This document shows positions 17,530 to 26,246 of a DNA stretch of 64,000 nt, one piece after another; within the stretch, counting starts at the first letter, position 1; each line of letters opens with the position of its first letter. The notes below the pieces were generated by a model. That model had not been told where the DNA came from and made no database searches. It worked only from the letters and a program-made list of their open reading frames with translations. Position numbers and translations under genes: made by a program. Source of the DNA: Dehalococcoidia bacterium (GTDB lineage: Bacteria > Chloroflexota > Dehalococcoidia > Lucifugimonadales > UBA3495); assembly GCA_034420475.1 (NCBI GenBank), contig DAOULH010000042.1, positions 9,187 through 73,186 of the forward strand, written 5' to 3'.

Positions 17530-18390
17530 ATGGCTTACCAGTACATTCTGTCCGACAAAGAACGTGTCTCCAAGTGGGAAGGCAGCGGCGACCGGCGTCG
17601 TGAGGTGGTAGGGCACGTCGCGCTTCTAACCATGAACCGGCCGGAAGTGCTCAACGCCATGAACCGGCAGCTGACGGAAGAGCTTCACGACGCGGTGCGG
17701 TGCGCCAACGAGGATCCGGAGATCGGGTGCATCGTAATCACGGGCGCGGACACTCACCCCCGGGTTCCGGCGTTCACCGCCGGCGGCGACATCCACGAGC
17801 AGCGGGAGGACCAAGCCGCGCTCAATGCAGGCACGCTGACCCGGGAAGGCATGGACGAACGCGCCACCCGCCGGCAGCGGGGCGGATACGAGGTCAGCGC
17901 GTCGGACAAGCCGGTGATCGGGATGATCAACGGGCTGGCCTACGGCGGCGGGGCGGTGCTGTCATCGTCGCTGGACATCCGCATCGGATCGGACGCGGCG
18001 CGGTTCCGGTTTTTGGCCGCTGCATACGGACGGATCAACTCGACGTGGACGCTGACCAACCAGGTGGGCTGGCCGCAGGCCAAGGAACTGCTGTTCACGG
18101 CCCGGATCGTGGAAGCGGAAGAGGCCTACCGGATCGGGCTGCTCAACCACCTGGTGCCGACCTACCGGCTGCGGCAGAAGACGATGGAAGTGGCCACCGA
18201 GATTGCCACTAACGACACGCCGTCGGTGATCGGGATCAAGCGTCTGCTGCTGCAGCACAAGGGCCAGAGCCTCGAGCAGCAATGGATGAACGAAAAGGAC
18301 TTCACCACCAACGTGCTCCGGGGCACCCTGGCGGAAGAGGCGTTCCCGGACTTCCTGGCGCGGCGGGGCCGACCGGTGCGCGGCGCGTAG
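17530..18390 (+). CDS. Enoyl-CoA hydratase/isomerase (crotonase) family protein
   Basis: LLTMNRPEVLNAMN, FTAGGDI, INGLAYGGG. The start is taken at the ATG at 17530. Confidence 0.8.
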   Translation: MAYQYILSDKERVSKWEGSGDRRREVVGHVALLTMNRPEVLNAMNRQLTEELHDAVRCANEDPEIGCIVITGADTHPRVPAFTAGGDIHEQREDQAALNAGTLTREGMDERATRRQRGGYEVSASDKPVIGMINGLAYGGGAVLSSSLDIRIGSDAARFRFLAAAYGRINSTWTLTNQVGWPQAKELLFTARIVEAEEAYRIGLLNHLVPTYRLRQKTMEVATEIATNDTPSVIGIKRLLLQHKGQSLEQQWMNEKDFTTNVLRGTLAEEAFPDFLARRGRPVRGA

Positions 18391-18414
18391 GCAGGAACCT
18401 CCACATCAGATACT

Positions 18415-18450
18415 GAAGCCCTCCCCGTGATTGGGGAGGGCTTCATTTTG
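18415..18450 (+). terminator. Rho-independent terminator
   Basis: GAAGCCCTCCCC-GTGATT-GGGGAGGGCTTC followed by ATTTTG. Confidence 0.75.
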
Positions 18451-18465
18451 CCTGGTACCGCAGAC

Positions 18466-18738
18466 TCAGCGTGGGTTGCGATGGCGGTGCTCAGGGTTTT
18501 CGTTGAGTTCAGCCGTGTCGCCGCTCCACCTGGTGTTGCCCTCGGCGTCGATGATGGTGTAGGCGACGGGAGATGATGACGGAGGACAATCGCCGGGCAT
18601 CGCGTAGTCGAGGTAGCGACTGGTAAGCGTGTTGGCGATGGGCTGGAACGGGGACAAGACGCGGGCCACAAAAGGCTTGTCCAGGACATTCACGAGAACC
18701 CGGTTGAACTGATTAACTCCGCTGTGAATGATAGTCAT
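18466..18738 (-). CDS. Hypothetical protein (90 aa)
   Basis: ORF only. No motif recognised. Confidence 0.35.
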   Translation of the reverse strand: MTIIHSGVNQFNRVLVNVLDKPFVARVLSPFQPIANTLTSRYLDYAMPGDCPPSSSPVAYTIIDAEGNTRWSGDTAELNENPEHRHRNPR

Positions 18739-18946
18739 GGTTCCCCCGGTTATCGCTTGGTCAAGCCACCATAGTAAGTCTCATTATACTCGATTATCCG
18801 ACGGTGCGGTTGTCGTCGTCGGTATCTATGCCGTAGAGTTCTTCAAGCCGGCGAATACGCGCGATCAGGTCGCCGGCCTGGTATTGGGAGAGCACACGCT
18901 GCAATTCGGCTTCGGCCCGGTCGGCGCGGAGGCGTTCCGCCTCGGC

Positions 18947-19162
18947 TCACTGGCACTCTTCGTCAAGCCGGCTATCTCTCAAGAATGCCAGGACCATCAT
19001 TACACCTCCCAATGTCACGCCGGACAGGTTGGCGGCCAGTTTGTTCAGCGGATGGATTTCCGGGAACAGGCTCTCCAACAGTTGCAATCCGGTGGAAATC
19101 AGGGACCCGGCCAGAACGATGACAAAGGCCAGGACGTAGAATTTGACGTTGTTCCAAATCAC
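18947..19162 (-). CDS. Small two-TM membrane protein (71 aa), possibly longer (see finding)
   Basis: GTG start and two hydrophobic helices. The TGA at 18947-18949 is followed in frame by 50 coding-like codons down to 18794. Confidence 0.4.
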   Translation of the reverse strand: MIWNNVKFYVLAFVIVLAGSLISTGLQLLESLFPEIHPLNKLAANLSGVTLGGVMMVLAFLRDSRLDEECQ

Positions 19163-19197
19163 GAACCTGGATCCACCTGCACCGCTACATTATACCG

Positions 19198-19812
19198 TCA
19201 CGCATCCAGCGTGCCCTTGGTGCTGGGCACCTGGCCGAGGGCCCTAGGATCGGGCTCGACGGCATCACGAAGGGCACGGGCGAGGGCTTTGCAGAGAGCC
19301 TCGGCCTTGTGATGGGGGCTGACGCCGGCCAGCACCCGGGCGTGCAGGTTGATGCGGGCCTCGATGGCAAAGGACTCGAGGAAGTGGGCGACGAGGTCTC
19401 CGGACAACGTCTCGACCATGCTGTCGTTGAGGGTAGTGTCCACGGCAACGTAGGGGCGCCCGCTCCAATCGACGGCCACCATCACCAGCGTCTCGTCCAG
19501 GGGAACGATGGCGTGTCCCATACGCCGGATGCCGCGCGGCTCGCCCAATGCCTGGCCAAAAGCGCGGCCCAGCATGATGGCGGTGTCTTCGACCAGATGG
19601 TGCCAGCCGACGTGGGTATCGCCCTCGGCTTTCAAGGCAATATCGAACAGGCCGTGGCGCGCGATCTGGCTGACCATGTGGTCAAGAAAACCGTTGCCGG
19701 TGTCGACATCGTATCGGCCCTGACCGTCCAAATCTACGGAGATGGAAATGCTGGTCTCGGCGGTGGAACGCTCCAGGGTCGCGGCGCGCGCGGCGGCATC
19801 AGGGACGGTCAT
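19198..19812 (-). CDS. hisB: Imidazoleglycerol-phosphate dehydratase (monofunctional)
   Basis: TGNGFLDHM, HHLVEDTAI, HHKAEA motifs. The start is MTVPD at 19812. There is no N-terminal HAD phosphatase domain. Confidence 0.9.
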   Translation of the reverse strand: MTVPDAAARAATLERSTAETSISISVDLDGQGRYDVDTGNGFLDHMVSQIARHGLFDIALKAEGDTHVGWHHLVEDTAIMLGRAFGQALGEPRGIRRMGHAIVPLDETLVMVAVDWSGRPYVAVDTTLNDSMVETLSGDLVAHFLESFAIEARINLHARVLAGVSPHHKAEALCKALARALRDAVEPDPRALGQVPSTKGTLDA

Positions 19813-19813
19813 G

Positions 19814-20908
19814 CTAGTCCACCCCGAGGACGGCGCGGAATCCGGAGACCACGGCGTCGGTTTCCTCAGGTTTGCCGACGCTGGAGCGGATGTAGTCACG
19901 CAGGAGTTCGTTGTCGAAGTAGCGCAGGAAAACGCCGCGGCGGCACATGGCTTCGTACACTTCCAAGCCGCGCCCGTCGGGCATTTTGCAGAGGATGAAG
20001 TTCGCCTGGGAGGGCCAGACGGTGATGCCGGGAATCTCGCACAGCAGCCGGTACATGCGGCCGCGCTCCTTGACGATGGCGTCGACGCGATCCAGGAGGT
20101 GGGCCGTGTCGGACAAAGAAGCCAGGAGGGCGATTTCGGCCGCGAGGTTGACGTTGTACGGGGGCTTCATGCCCATCATGGTGGCGGCCAGCTCGGAATC
20201 CATGGCGCCGGCGCCAATGCGGAGGCCGGCCAAACCGGCCCACTTGCTGAAGGTCCGCAGGACGACGAGGTTCCGGTACTCGGACAGCAATGGCATCAGG
20301 GTTTGGCCACAGAAGTCGTAGTAGGCCTCGTCGGAGACCACCAGCAGGCCGGTGTCGAGCAATGCGCGGGCCTGGGCTTCGGTGACCACGTTGCCGGTGG
20401 GGTTGTTAGGCGTCGGGAAGAAAATCGCCTTGGTGCGCGGGGTGATGGCGCCCCGGATGGCCTCGATGTCGATGTCGAAGTTCTCGTCGCGCGGAACGGA
20501 GACCGCAGTGGCCCCGGCAACGTCGGCAGAGAAGGAGTACATGCCAAAGGTCGGCACGGGGATGATGATCTCATCACCAGGGGCGAGGAACATGCGCATC
20601 AGGAGGTCGATGATCTCATCGCTGCCGTTGCCGGCGACGATGTTCTCCTCGGAGACGCCAAGGTAATCGGACAGGGCCTCGCGCAGGCGACGTTGCGCGG
20701 GGTCGGGGTAATGGTTGTAGTCGCGGAAACTGCCCAACGCTTCGGCCACCTGTGGCGATGGGCCGTAGGGATTTTCATTGCCGTTCAGGCGGATGACCTG
20801 CTCCAGGGGGATGCCGGCCTCCTCGGCCAGCGTTTCGCTGGGGGACACGCCCTGGTAGGTCTTCAAGCGACTGATGTGGGGGAGGAGCAAGTTTTCAATG
20901 TCAGGCAT
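19814..20908 (-). CDS. hisC: Histidinol-phosphate aminotransferase
   Basis: LNGNENPYGPSP, TFSKWAGLAGLRIG (PLP lysine motif). The start is taken at MPDIENL. Confidence 0.9.
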   Translation of the reverse strand: MPDIENLLLPHISRLKTYQGVSPSETLAEEAGIPLEQVIRLNGNENPYGPSPQVAEALGSFRDYNHYPDPAQRRLREALSDYLGVSEENIVAGNGSDEIIDLLMRMFLAPGDEIIIPVPTFGMYSFSADVAGATAVSVPRDENFDIDIEAIRGAITPRTKAIFFPTPNNPTGNVVTEAQARALLDTGLLVVSDEAYYDFCGQTLMPLLSEYRNLVVLRTFSKWAGLAGLRIGAGAMDSELAATMMGMKPPYNVNLAAEIALLASLSDTAHLLDRVDAIVKERGRMYRLLCEIPGITVWPSQANFILCKMPDGRGLEVYEAMCRRGVFLRYFDNELLRDYIRSSVGKPEETDAVVSGFRAVLGVD

Positions 20909-20928
20909 GAGCAGACGTTCCAAGTACG

Positions 20929-22263
20929 TTAGCGGGTTCGAGTGGCAGCGATGTGGTCGAGGCGGGCCTGCACCGCGCCGGCGTGGCCGGGCAGGCCCTC
21001 GGCCTCGGCGATGCGGACGGCGGCGGCCCCGAGGTCGGTGAACCGCTGGGGGCTGAGGCCGACTACGGGCATGGTGCGCAGGAAGTGGTGGACGCTGAGG
21101 GCGGAGCTGAACCGCGCAGTGCCGCCGGTGGGCATCACGTGGGACGGGCCGGCGATGTAGTCTCCCATGACCTCGGGCGAAAACTCGCCGAGGAAGAGGC
21201 CGCCGGCGTTGCGCACCTGTCCGGCCCAGGCCCACGGGTCCGCGACCATGAGGCAGAGGTGCTCGGGAGCGATGTGATTGGCGACGGCAATGGCCTCGTC
21301 AAAGTCATCGACGACGACGATGCAGCCCTGGCGTTCGAGGGAATGGCGGATGGTCTCGGCGCGGGGGTTGCCGGCGATTTGGGAGTCCAACTCCGCTGCC
21401 ACCGCGTCGATCAGGTTTTGCGAGTCGGTGACGAGGATGGCCGACGCCATGGGATCGTGTTCGGCCTGGGCAATGAGATCGGCAGCGCAGAACACCGGAT
21501 TGGCGGTCTGGTCGGCGAGGAGGATAGTCTCGGTGGGGCCGAACACGCCGTCGATGTCCACCTGGCCCTGGACCATGCGCTTGGCGTAGGCTACGAAGAC
21601 GTTGCCGGGGCCGCAGATCTTGTCAACCTTGCGGATGGACTCGGTGCCGTAGGCCAGGGCGCCGATGGCGGGAACGCCGCCGACCTGGTAAACCGCATCG
21701 ACGCCGGCGATGCGAGCGGCGGCGAGAACGGTGGCGTTAAGCGGCTCATTGCCGCGGCGTGGAGTAGCCAGGACCACCTCACTGACACCGGCAACCCGGG
21801 CCGGAATGGCGGTCATCAGGACGGTGGATGGATAGGCCGCAGTGCCGCCGGGCGCGTACAAGCCGACGCGTTCCAGGGGTCGCACCAGTTCGCCCAGGCC
21901 ACCGCCGAGGTCAACCCAATCACGGGGTAACGTGGCTTCGTGAAATTCGGTGATGCGGCGGGCGGCTAACTCGAGGGCGCGCTTGAGATCATCGGGAGTG
22001 GAGTCCCACGCGGATTCCAGGTCGGATTCGGAGACTTGCAGGTCGTCCAACTCCGCGCCATCCAGCAGGCCGGCGTAGCGGCGCACGGCGGCGTCGCCAT
22101 CGGCGCGAACGTCGCGGAGCATCTGCAGGACGGACGACTCGGGCGTCGCCTTCGCGCCAAAGAGATCCCGAGTGCGCTGTAGCACGGGCTCGGGCAACGA
22201 CGAAAGATCAAGAGGATCGATGCGGGTCAAGACCGACTCGGCGGCGGACAGCCCGCGCACCAT
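20929..22263 (-). CDS. hisD: Histidinol dehydrogenase
   Basis: IAGPGNVFV-like CGPGNVFVAYAK, QAEHDPMA, MPTGGTARF. The start is taken at MVRGLS (22263). Confidence 0.9.
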   Translation of the reverse strand: MVRGLSAAESVLTRIDPLDLSSLPEPVLQRTRDLFGAKATPESSVLQMLRDVRADGDAAVRRYAGLLDGAELDDLQVSESDLESAWDSTPDDLKRALELAARRITEFHEATLPRDWVDLGGGLGELVRPLERVGLYAPGGTAAYPSTVLMTAIPARVAGVSEVVLATPRRGNEPLNATVLAAARIAGVDAVYQVGGVPAIGALAYGTESIRKVDKICGPGNVFVAYAKRMVQGQVDIDGVFGPTETILLADQTANPVFCAADLIAQAEHDPMASAILVTDSQNLIDAVAAELDSQIAGNPRAETIRHSLERQGCIVVVDDFDEAIAVANHIAPEHLCLMVADPWAWAGQVRNAGGLFLGEFSPEVMGDYIAGPSHVMPTGGTARFSSALSVHHFLRTMPVVGLSPQRFTDLGAAAVRIAEAEGLPGHAGAVQARLDHIAATRTR

Positions 22264-22264
22264 T

Positions 22265-23026
22265 TTAAGTTGCACTGAGGTACTCCCGGGCCTGGGCCTT
22301 GGTTTCGTCGATGACCCGTTGGCGGTAGGTGTCGATGAGCTCGCGAGGGACGCGCTCGTACACTCGCTCCAGGCTCTGGGGCATATTCTCCAGGAATCCG
22401 TCCACGACCTGCTGCACCTCATCGTTGTCGCGGTACATGCGGTTGAGGGCACGCTTGAGGCGTTCCCAGGTGAAATCCCAGCCGAGCAGGCGGGCAACCC
22501 AACCGCGCCACTCGTCGATCAGCTCATCCTGCAGGAATTGCAGGGCCGGCATCTGATCCATCGCGGCGATGGCGTCGTTTTCGGCGACAAGGCGGGCGTT
22601 TTCGTCAAGAACCACGCGATCCATGTCGAGCTGGAGGGCGCGGTCCCAGATGTGAGACTCGATTTCGGTGTCGGTGACACGGCTGTCGGGAGCGAAGTGG
22701 GGGCGGAACATAGTCGTGATCCACGTCTCGTCGGCTACCAGATGGCTCACGTAACCCAGGAGGAAGGAGCGGGTCTGGGGGGACAGGCCGTTGTCGGAGC
22801 CCGCCAGGTGCGGGTGCAGCTCGAACATCTTCTCGACGCCGGCGCCGACATGGGTGACCGACAGGTCGGAGAAGTGGGTACGGGCGCGGTCCCACTTGGT
22901 CATGGCGCGGATATCGGGCGTGGTCGACCCGAGGTACGCAGCGCCGGGATGGTCGTGGACGTAGCCCCAGTCCAGATCAACGGCCACTTGCTGGCACATG
23001 TAGATGTGCATGGGCAGGTTAGGCAT
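22265..23026 (-). CDS. Metal-dependent hydrolase-like protein (zinc phospholipase C / S1-P1 nuclease-like pattern), function unknown
   Basis: N-terminal MPNLPMHIYM, then GSTTPDI, THF and GYVSHLVADETW, a His/Asp pattern resembling the Zn-dependent PLC superfamily. It overlaps the hisG stop by 8 nt, with one nucleotide (22264) between its stop (22265-22267) and the hisD start codon (22261-22263). Confidence 0.5.
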   Translation of the reverse strand: MPNLPMHIYMCQQVAVDLDWGYVHDHPGAAYLGSTTPDIRAMTKWDRARTHFSDLSVTHVGAGVEKMFELHPHLAGSDNGLSPQTRSFLLGYVSHLVADETWITTMFRPHFAPDSRVTDTEIESHIWDRALQLDMDRVVLDENARLVAENDAIAAMDQMPALQFLQDELIDEWRGWVARLLGWDFTWERLKRALNRMYRDNDEVQQVVDGFLENMPQSLERVYERVPRELIDTYRQRVIDETKAQAREYLSAT

Positions 23027-24038
23027 GATCGGCTCCCTGCCCGTTCAGTGATGCGATACGGTCCATGAAACCGGCGAAGGCCTGGGACTCGTCCTTGAAC
23101 AGGTACGACAACTGGGCTGCCGCAATGTCCACGCCACCGCACTCACGCAGGTGGGAAACGGCGTCCAGCAGGCGGTTCTTGCGGATCAGCAGGGAAACAG
23201 CGTACCAGTCCTCCTCCTCGACGCTGAACACGCGAGCGACGGTGGGCCCCTGGATGCCGGCGATTTCGGGGCGCGCGAGAATCATGGCGCTGACGTCCTC
23301 GGCGGAACGGCCCTGGACGTTGGCGGTGATCCGATAGTACGGGTCGGCACGGAGGTGGGCCTCCAGCATCTCGGTGAAAGAGCGGGCGAGTTCAAGATCA
23401 TCGGGACAGCGGACCAGCGCAGACGGGTTGGCAATGAGGCAGGCCTGGGAGGAGAGTATAGTGCCGCCGTCGAGGGTCTTCAGGCGGTTCTCGCGAAGGG
23501 TAGTTCCGGTGGCGGACAGGTCGGCGATGAGGTCAGCATAGCCGGCGATGGGCGCGGCTTCCAGGGTGCCGCTGGCTGGGACGAGGGTAAAGTAGTTGAT
23601 GCCGCGCTCGAACAGATAACGGCGCAGCAATCGCGGGTACTTGGTAGCGATGCGCAACTGCCGGCCGCGTTCGTGGAACTCGAGGGCGAGATCCGCCAGG
23701 TCGTCGATGGAAGTTACGTCAAGCCAGGAATCGGGCACGGCCAGCACGTAATCGCAGCCGCCGAAGCCGAGGTCTTCCATGACCGGGACCACCGCGTCAT
23801 CGTCGTGGCGGTATTCCATCAGCCGGTCCAGGCCGGTGATGCCCATCTCCGCGCTGCCCTCTTCGACCTTGGTGGTGATGTCGGCGGTGCGCTGAAAGAG
23901 CACGTCGATGCCGGGCAAGGACGGGATGGAGCCGGTGTAGCGACGGGAGTTGGGCCGGTTCACCCTGACGCCACAGGAGGCCAGGAACCTCATCGTGGGT
24001 TCGCCCAGTTCGCCGTCGCTTGGTATGACCAGTTTCAA
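23019..24038 (-). CDS. hisG: ATP phosphoribosyltransferase, long form with C-terminal regulatory domain
   Basis: Catalytic core (ATKYPRL, DLSATGTTLREN) plus a HisG_C-like tail (GPTVARVF...WYAVSLLI). Confidence 0.85.
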   Translation of the reverse strand: MKLVIPSDGELGEPTMRFLASCGVRVNRPNSRRYTGSIPSLPGIDVLFQRTADITTKVEEGSAEMGITGLDRLMEYRHDDDAVVPVMEDLGFGGCDYVLAVPDSWLDVTSIDDLADLALEFHERGRQLRIATKYPRLLRRYLFERGINYFTLVPASGTLEAAPIAGYADLIADLSATGTTLRENRLKTLDGGTILSSQACLIANPSALVRCPDDLELARSFTEMLEAHLRADPYYRITANVQGRSAEDVSAMILARPEIAGIQGPTVARVFSVEEEDWYAVSLLIRKNRLLDAVSHLRECGGVDIAAAQLSYLFKDESQAFAGFMDRIASLNGQGADHA

Positions 24039-24053
24039 GGCGATGCTCCGTGT

Positions 24054-25463
24054 TTACACTGTATCCGTCCGAGCAAAATCGGAGCGCACGCCGTTTCCGC
24101 CCACGTCCAGAATGGCGACGCCTCCCCGGGACCGGATATCAGCAACGGTACGCAAAGCGGCGACGTTGGATCCTGCACCCTCAGCGGACACCAGGACGGT
24201 ATCGGCGGCGGGACGCGCGTGATCGGCCGGAGGCATCGCGGCAAGCAACGCTTCCAGCGTGCACGCAAAGCCCAGGGCAGGCACGGGAGCCGCGCCCCCC
24301 AGAGCGCGCGCAAGGGCGTCGTAGCGCCCGCCGCCTCCGAGAGAAACGTCGGAGACGCCGCGAACGATGTCGAAGATAATGCCGTTGTAGTAAGCGATGC
24401 CGCGGGCCAGGGAGAAATCGATTTCCAGCCGATGGGAAACCGCCGGGTCCTCACTGACGAGCGCGGTGAGGTCGATGAGCCGGTCGATGGCCCGGGTGTC
24501 CGCCCCGGCGGCAGCAACGATGGACTGGGCCTGAGGCAACGCCTGAGTGGGATCTCCCTTGACGCCGGCCAGTTGGCCGGCCAGCGCGAGCCCGCGTTCG
24601 ACGGCATCGGAAGCGTCACCGCCGCGCAGTTTGCGGAGCAGACGGTCGACAATCTCGTCGGGCGAACGGCGACCCAAAGGCATGTCCGCAGAGGTGTTCC
24701 AGCGCATGAAACCGGCCAGAACGGAGCGGGCCGCGCCGTCGGGGAGGCCGTTGACCGCGACGGCCAGGTGCTTCTCCTCGTCGGGCAGGCCGATGCCGGA
24801 GACGACGTGGAGCTCGGCGGCGCGCTGTAGAGTGGCGGAGATGCTATCGGTTCCTTCGCCAATGCGGTTCATGTTGGCCACGATGAACTCGCGGGCGCGG
24901 TCGGAAAGGCCGACGGTGTCCAGCACGCTGTCCAGCACGTCCAGATCGGCCAGGCGGATGCGATAGTCCGGGATGCCCAACTGTGCAGGAATGCCGGCGG
25001 CCAGGGTCAGGAGCTCAGCATCCGCAAGAACGCTGTTGGAGCCGACCAGTTCGGCGCCGACCTGGGTGAACTCTCCGGTGTCAGCGGCGCTGCCGGTATC
25101 GTAGCGGAAGACCGGGCCACAGTATTGCCAACGTACAACGGGTGGTTCGTCGCTGTCCTCGTTGACCTCCAGGTAATGCCGCATGATCGCGGAGGTGAAC
25201 TCGGGGCGCAGGCTGACCGCGTTGGAGCCGGGATCAACGAAGGAATACATCTGGGAGGCCAGATCGCCGCCGGATTTGCGCAGGAACAGCTCAGTGGCTT
25301 CCAGAACGGGAACCTCCAGCGTCGAGTAGCCGAAAAGCTCGATAAAGTCGGCAAGGCGGCGCTCAACGTCCTGCTTGCGCTGGCGCGCGCCGGCATCGAA
25401 ATCACGCATGCCGGGCAGGCGGCGCACTGGATTGGGACGGAAGGGAGAAACGGCGGAAATCAT
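24054..25463 (-). CDS. hisZ: HisRS-like paralog (HisZ-like ATP-PRT regulatory subunit candidate)
   Basis: GMRDF, LRPEFT, RGIAYYNGIIF and GGGGRYD are present. Motif 2 is degenerate (FRYDTGSAADTGEFTQ instead of FRxERPQxGRxRxFxQ). The start could also be the GTG at 25481. Confidence 0.65.
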   Translation of the reverse strand: MISAVSPFRPNPVRRLPGMRDFDAGARQRKQDVERRLADFIELFGYSTLEVPVLEATELFLRKSGGDLASQMYSFVDPGSNAVSLRPEFTSAIMRHYLEVNEDSDEPPVVRWQYCGPVFRYDTGSAADTGEFTQVGAELVGSNSVLADAELLTLAAGIPAQLGIPDYRIRLADLDVLDSVLDTVGLSDRAREFIVANMNRIGEGTDSISATLQRAAELHVVSGIGLPDEEKHLAVAVNGLPDGAARSVLAGFMRWNTSADMPLGRRSPDEIVDRLLRKLRGGDASDAVERGLALAGQLAGVKGDPTQALPQAQSIVAAAGADTRAIDRLIDLTALVSEDPAVSHRLEIDFSLARGIAYYNGIIFDIVRGVSDVSLGGGGRYDALARALGGAAPVPALGFACTLEALLAAMPPADHARPAADTVLVSAEGAGSNVAALRTVADIRSRGGVAILDVGGNGVRSDFARTDTV

Positions 25464-25544
25464 CGCAGGGTATTGTAGCACCTGCGGGCCTGCGATGGGG
25501 TAAGGAAAGCCGGTCGGGCTCTACACCTACGCTCGCCCGACGGA

Positions 25545-26246
25545 TTACGCGACCGCAATCACCAATCCTTCCAATAGTTCCAACCACTGCCCGAAATGGG
25601 GACATTCTCCGCGAATGGTATCGAGACCAATTGCAGAAACCGCCGCCGTTCCGTCCACCGGCTTTTGATAATCGGGCGCTAAATTCTCGATCCGTTTGGA
25701 CGGAGCGGTCACTTGGGAATCATTGATATCTTCCGGGGTGCTGAAGCGATCTCTTATTGCCTGGAAACTACCGGCGAGTTCGGGGTGATCAATGGCCTGC
25801 GCGAATCTATCACAGTCGCTGAACAGCATGGCTTCAAACTCGTGCATCATCACGTAGGGAATAAGCCGGGCAGGGTTGAATCCATCACCCATCGAGGCTG
25901 CCACATCGGACCGGATGGCATTTTCAACGTGAATCGCCCTTTCCGGGAGAGGGAGGTGCATCGCCTCCGCGCGGCCCGGCCAGCTCCTCGGTCCGCTGGA
26001 GGGCAGGCCATAATAATCGACCATGGTTGTCACGATGAGGCCGGCGTCCTGGCGGAGTTGATTCTGGATGGCGCGGCGGGTTTCCGTCCATGGCCGGATG
26101 CCACCGCGGTGCCTTCTCTGGTGTTGGCCTCCCATTAGTCTGGCGGAGACGTTGATGTAACCGGCGCGATACAGATGCGGCGCAAGGACATCGTTTACGA
26201 AAGTTTCCTCAGTCTCACCTTCAACGAGGACAAAGAGTCGTGTCAT
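25545..26246 (-). CDS. DUF4276-like protein (TOPRIM-like small partner)
   Basis: RLFVLVEGETEETFV at the N-terminus (TOPRIM-type acidic motif), MVDYYGLP, MHEFEAMLF and SQVTAPSKRIENL. The ATG overlaps the ATPase stop (ATGA). Confidence 0.7.
   Translation of the reverse strand: MTRLFVLVEGETEETFVNDVLAPHLYRAGYINVSARLMGGQHQRRHRGGIRPWTETRRAIQNQLRQDAGLIVTTMVDYYGLPSSGPRSWPGRAEAMHLPLPERAIHVENAIRSDVAASMGDGFNPARLIPYVMMHEFEAMLFSDCDRFAQAIDHPELAGSFQAIRDRFSTPEDINDSQVTAPSKRIENLAPDYQKPVDGTAAVSAIGLDTIRGECPHFGQWLELLEGLVIAVA

Noticed and set aside
18947-18949. Selenocysteine at the in-frame TGA
   Set aside because: The downstream hairpin is only 6 bp with a 3-nt loop, unlike a bacterial SECIS. No sel genes are in the window and the protein is not an obvious redox enzyme. 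A pseudogene or sequencing error is more parsimonious.
19742-24830. + strand ORFs 19742-20932, 20953-21930, 22172-23068 and 23151-24830 across the his operon, and 30651-32093 opposite glyQS
   Set aside because: They are antisense to genes with strong family motifs, which is a typical high-GC artefact.
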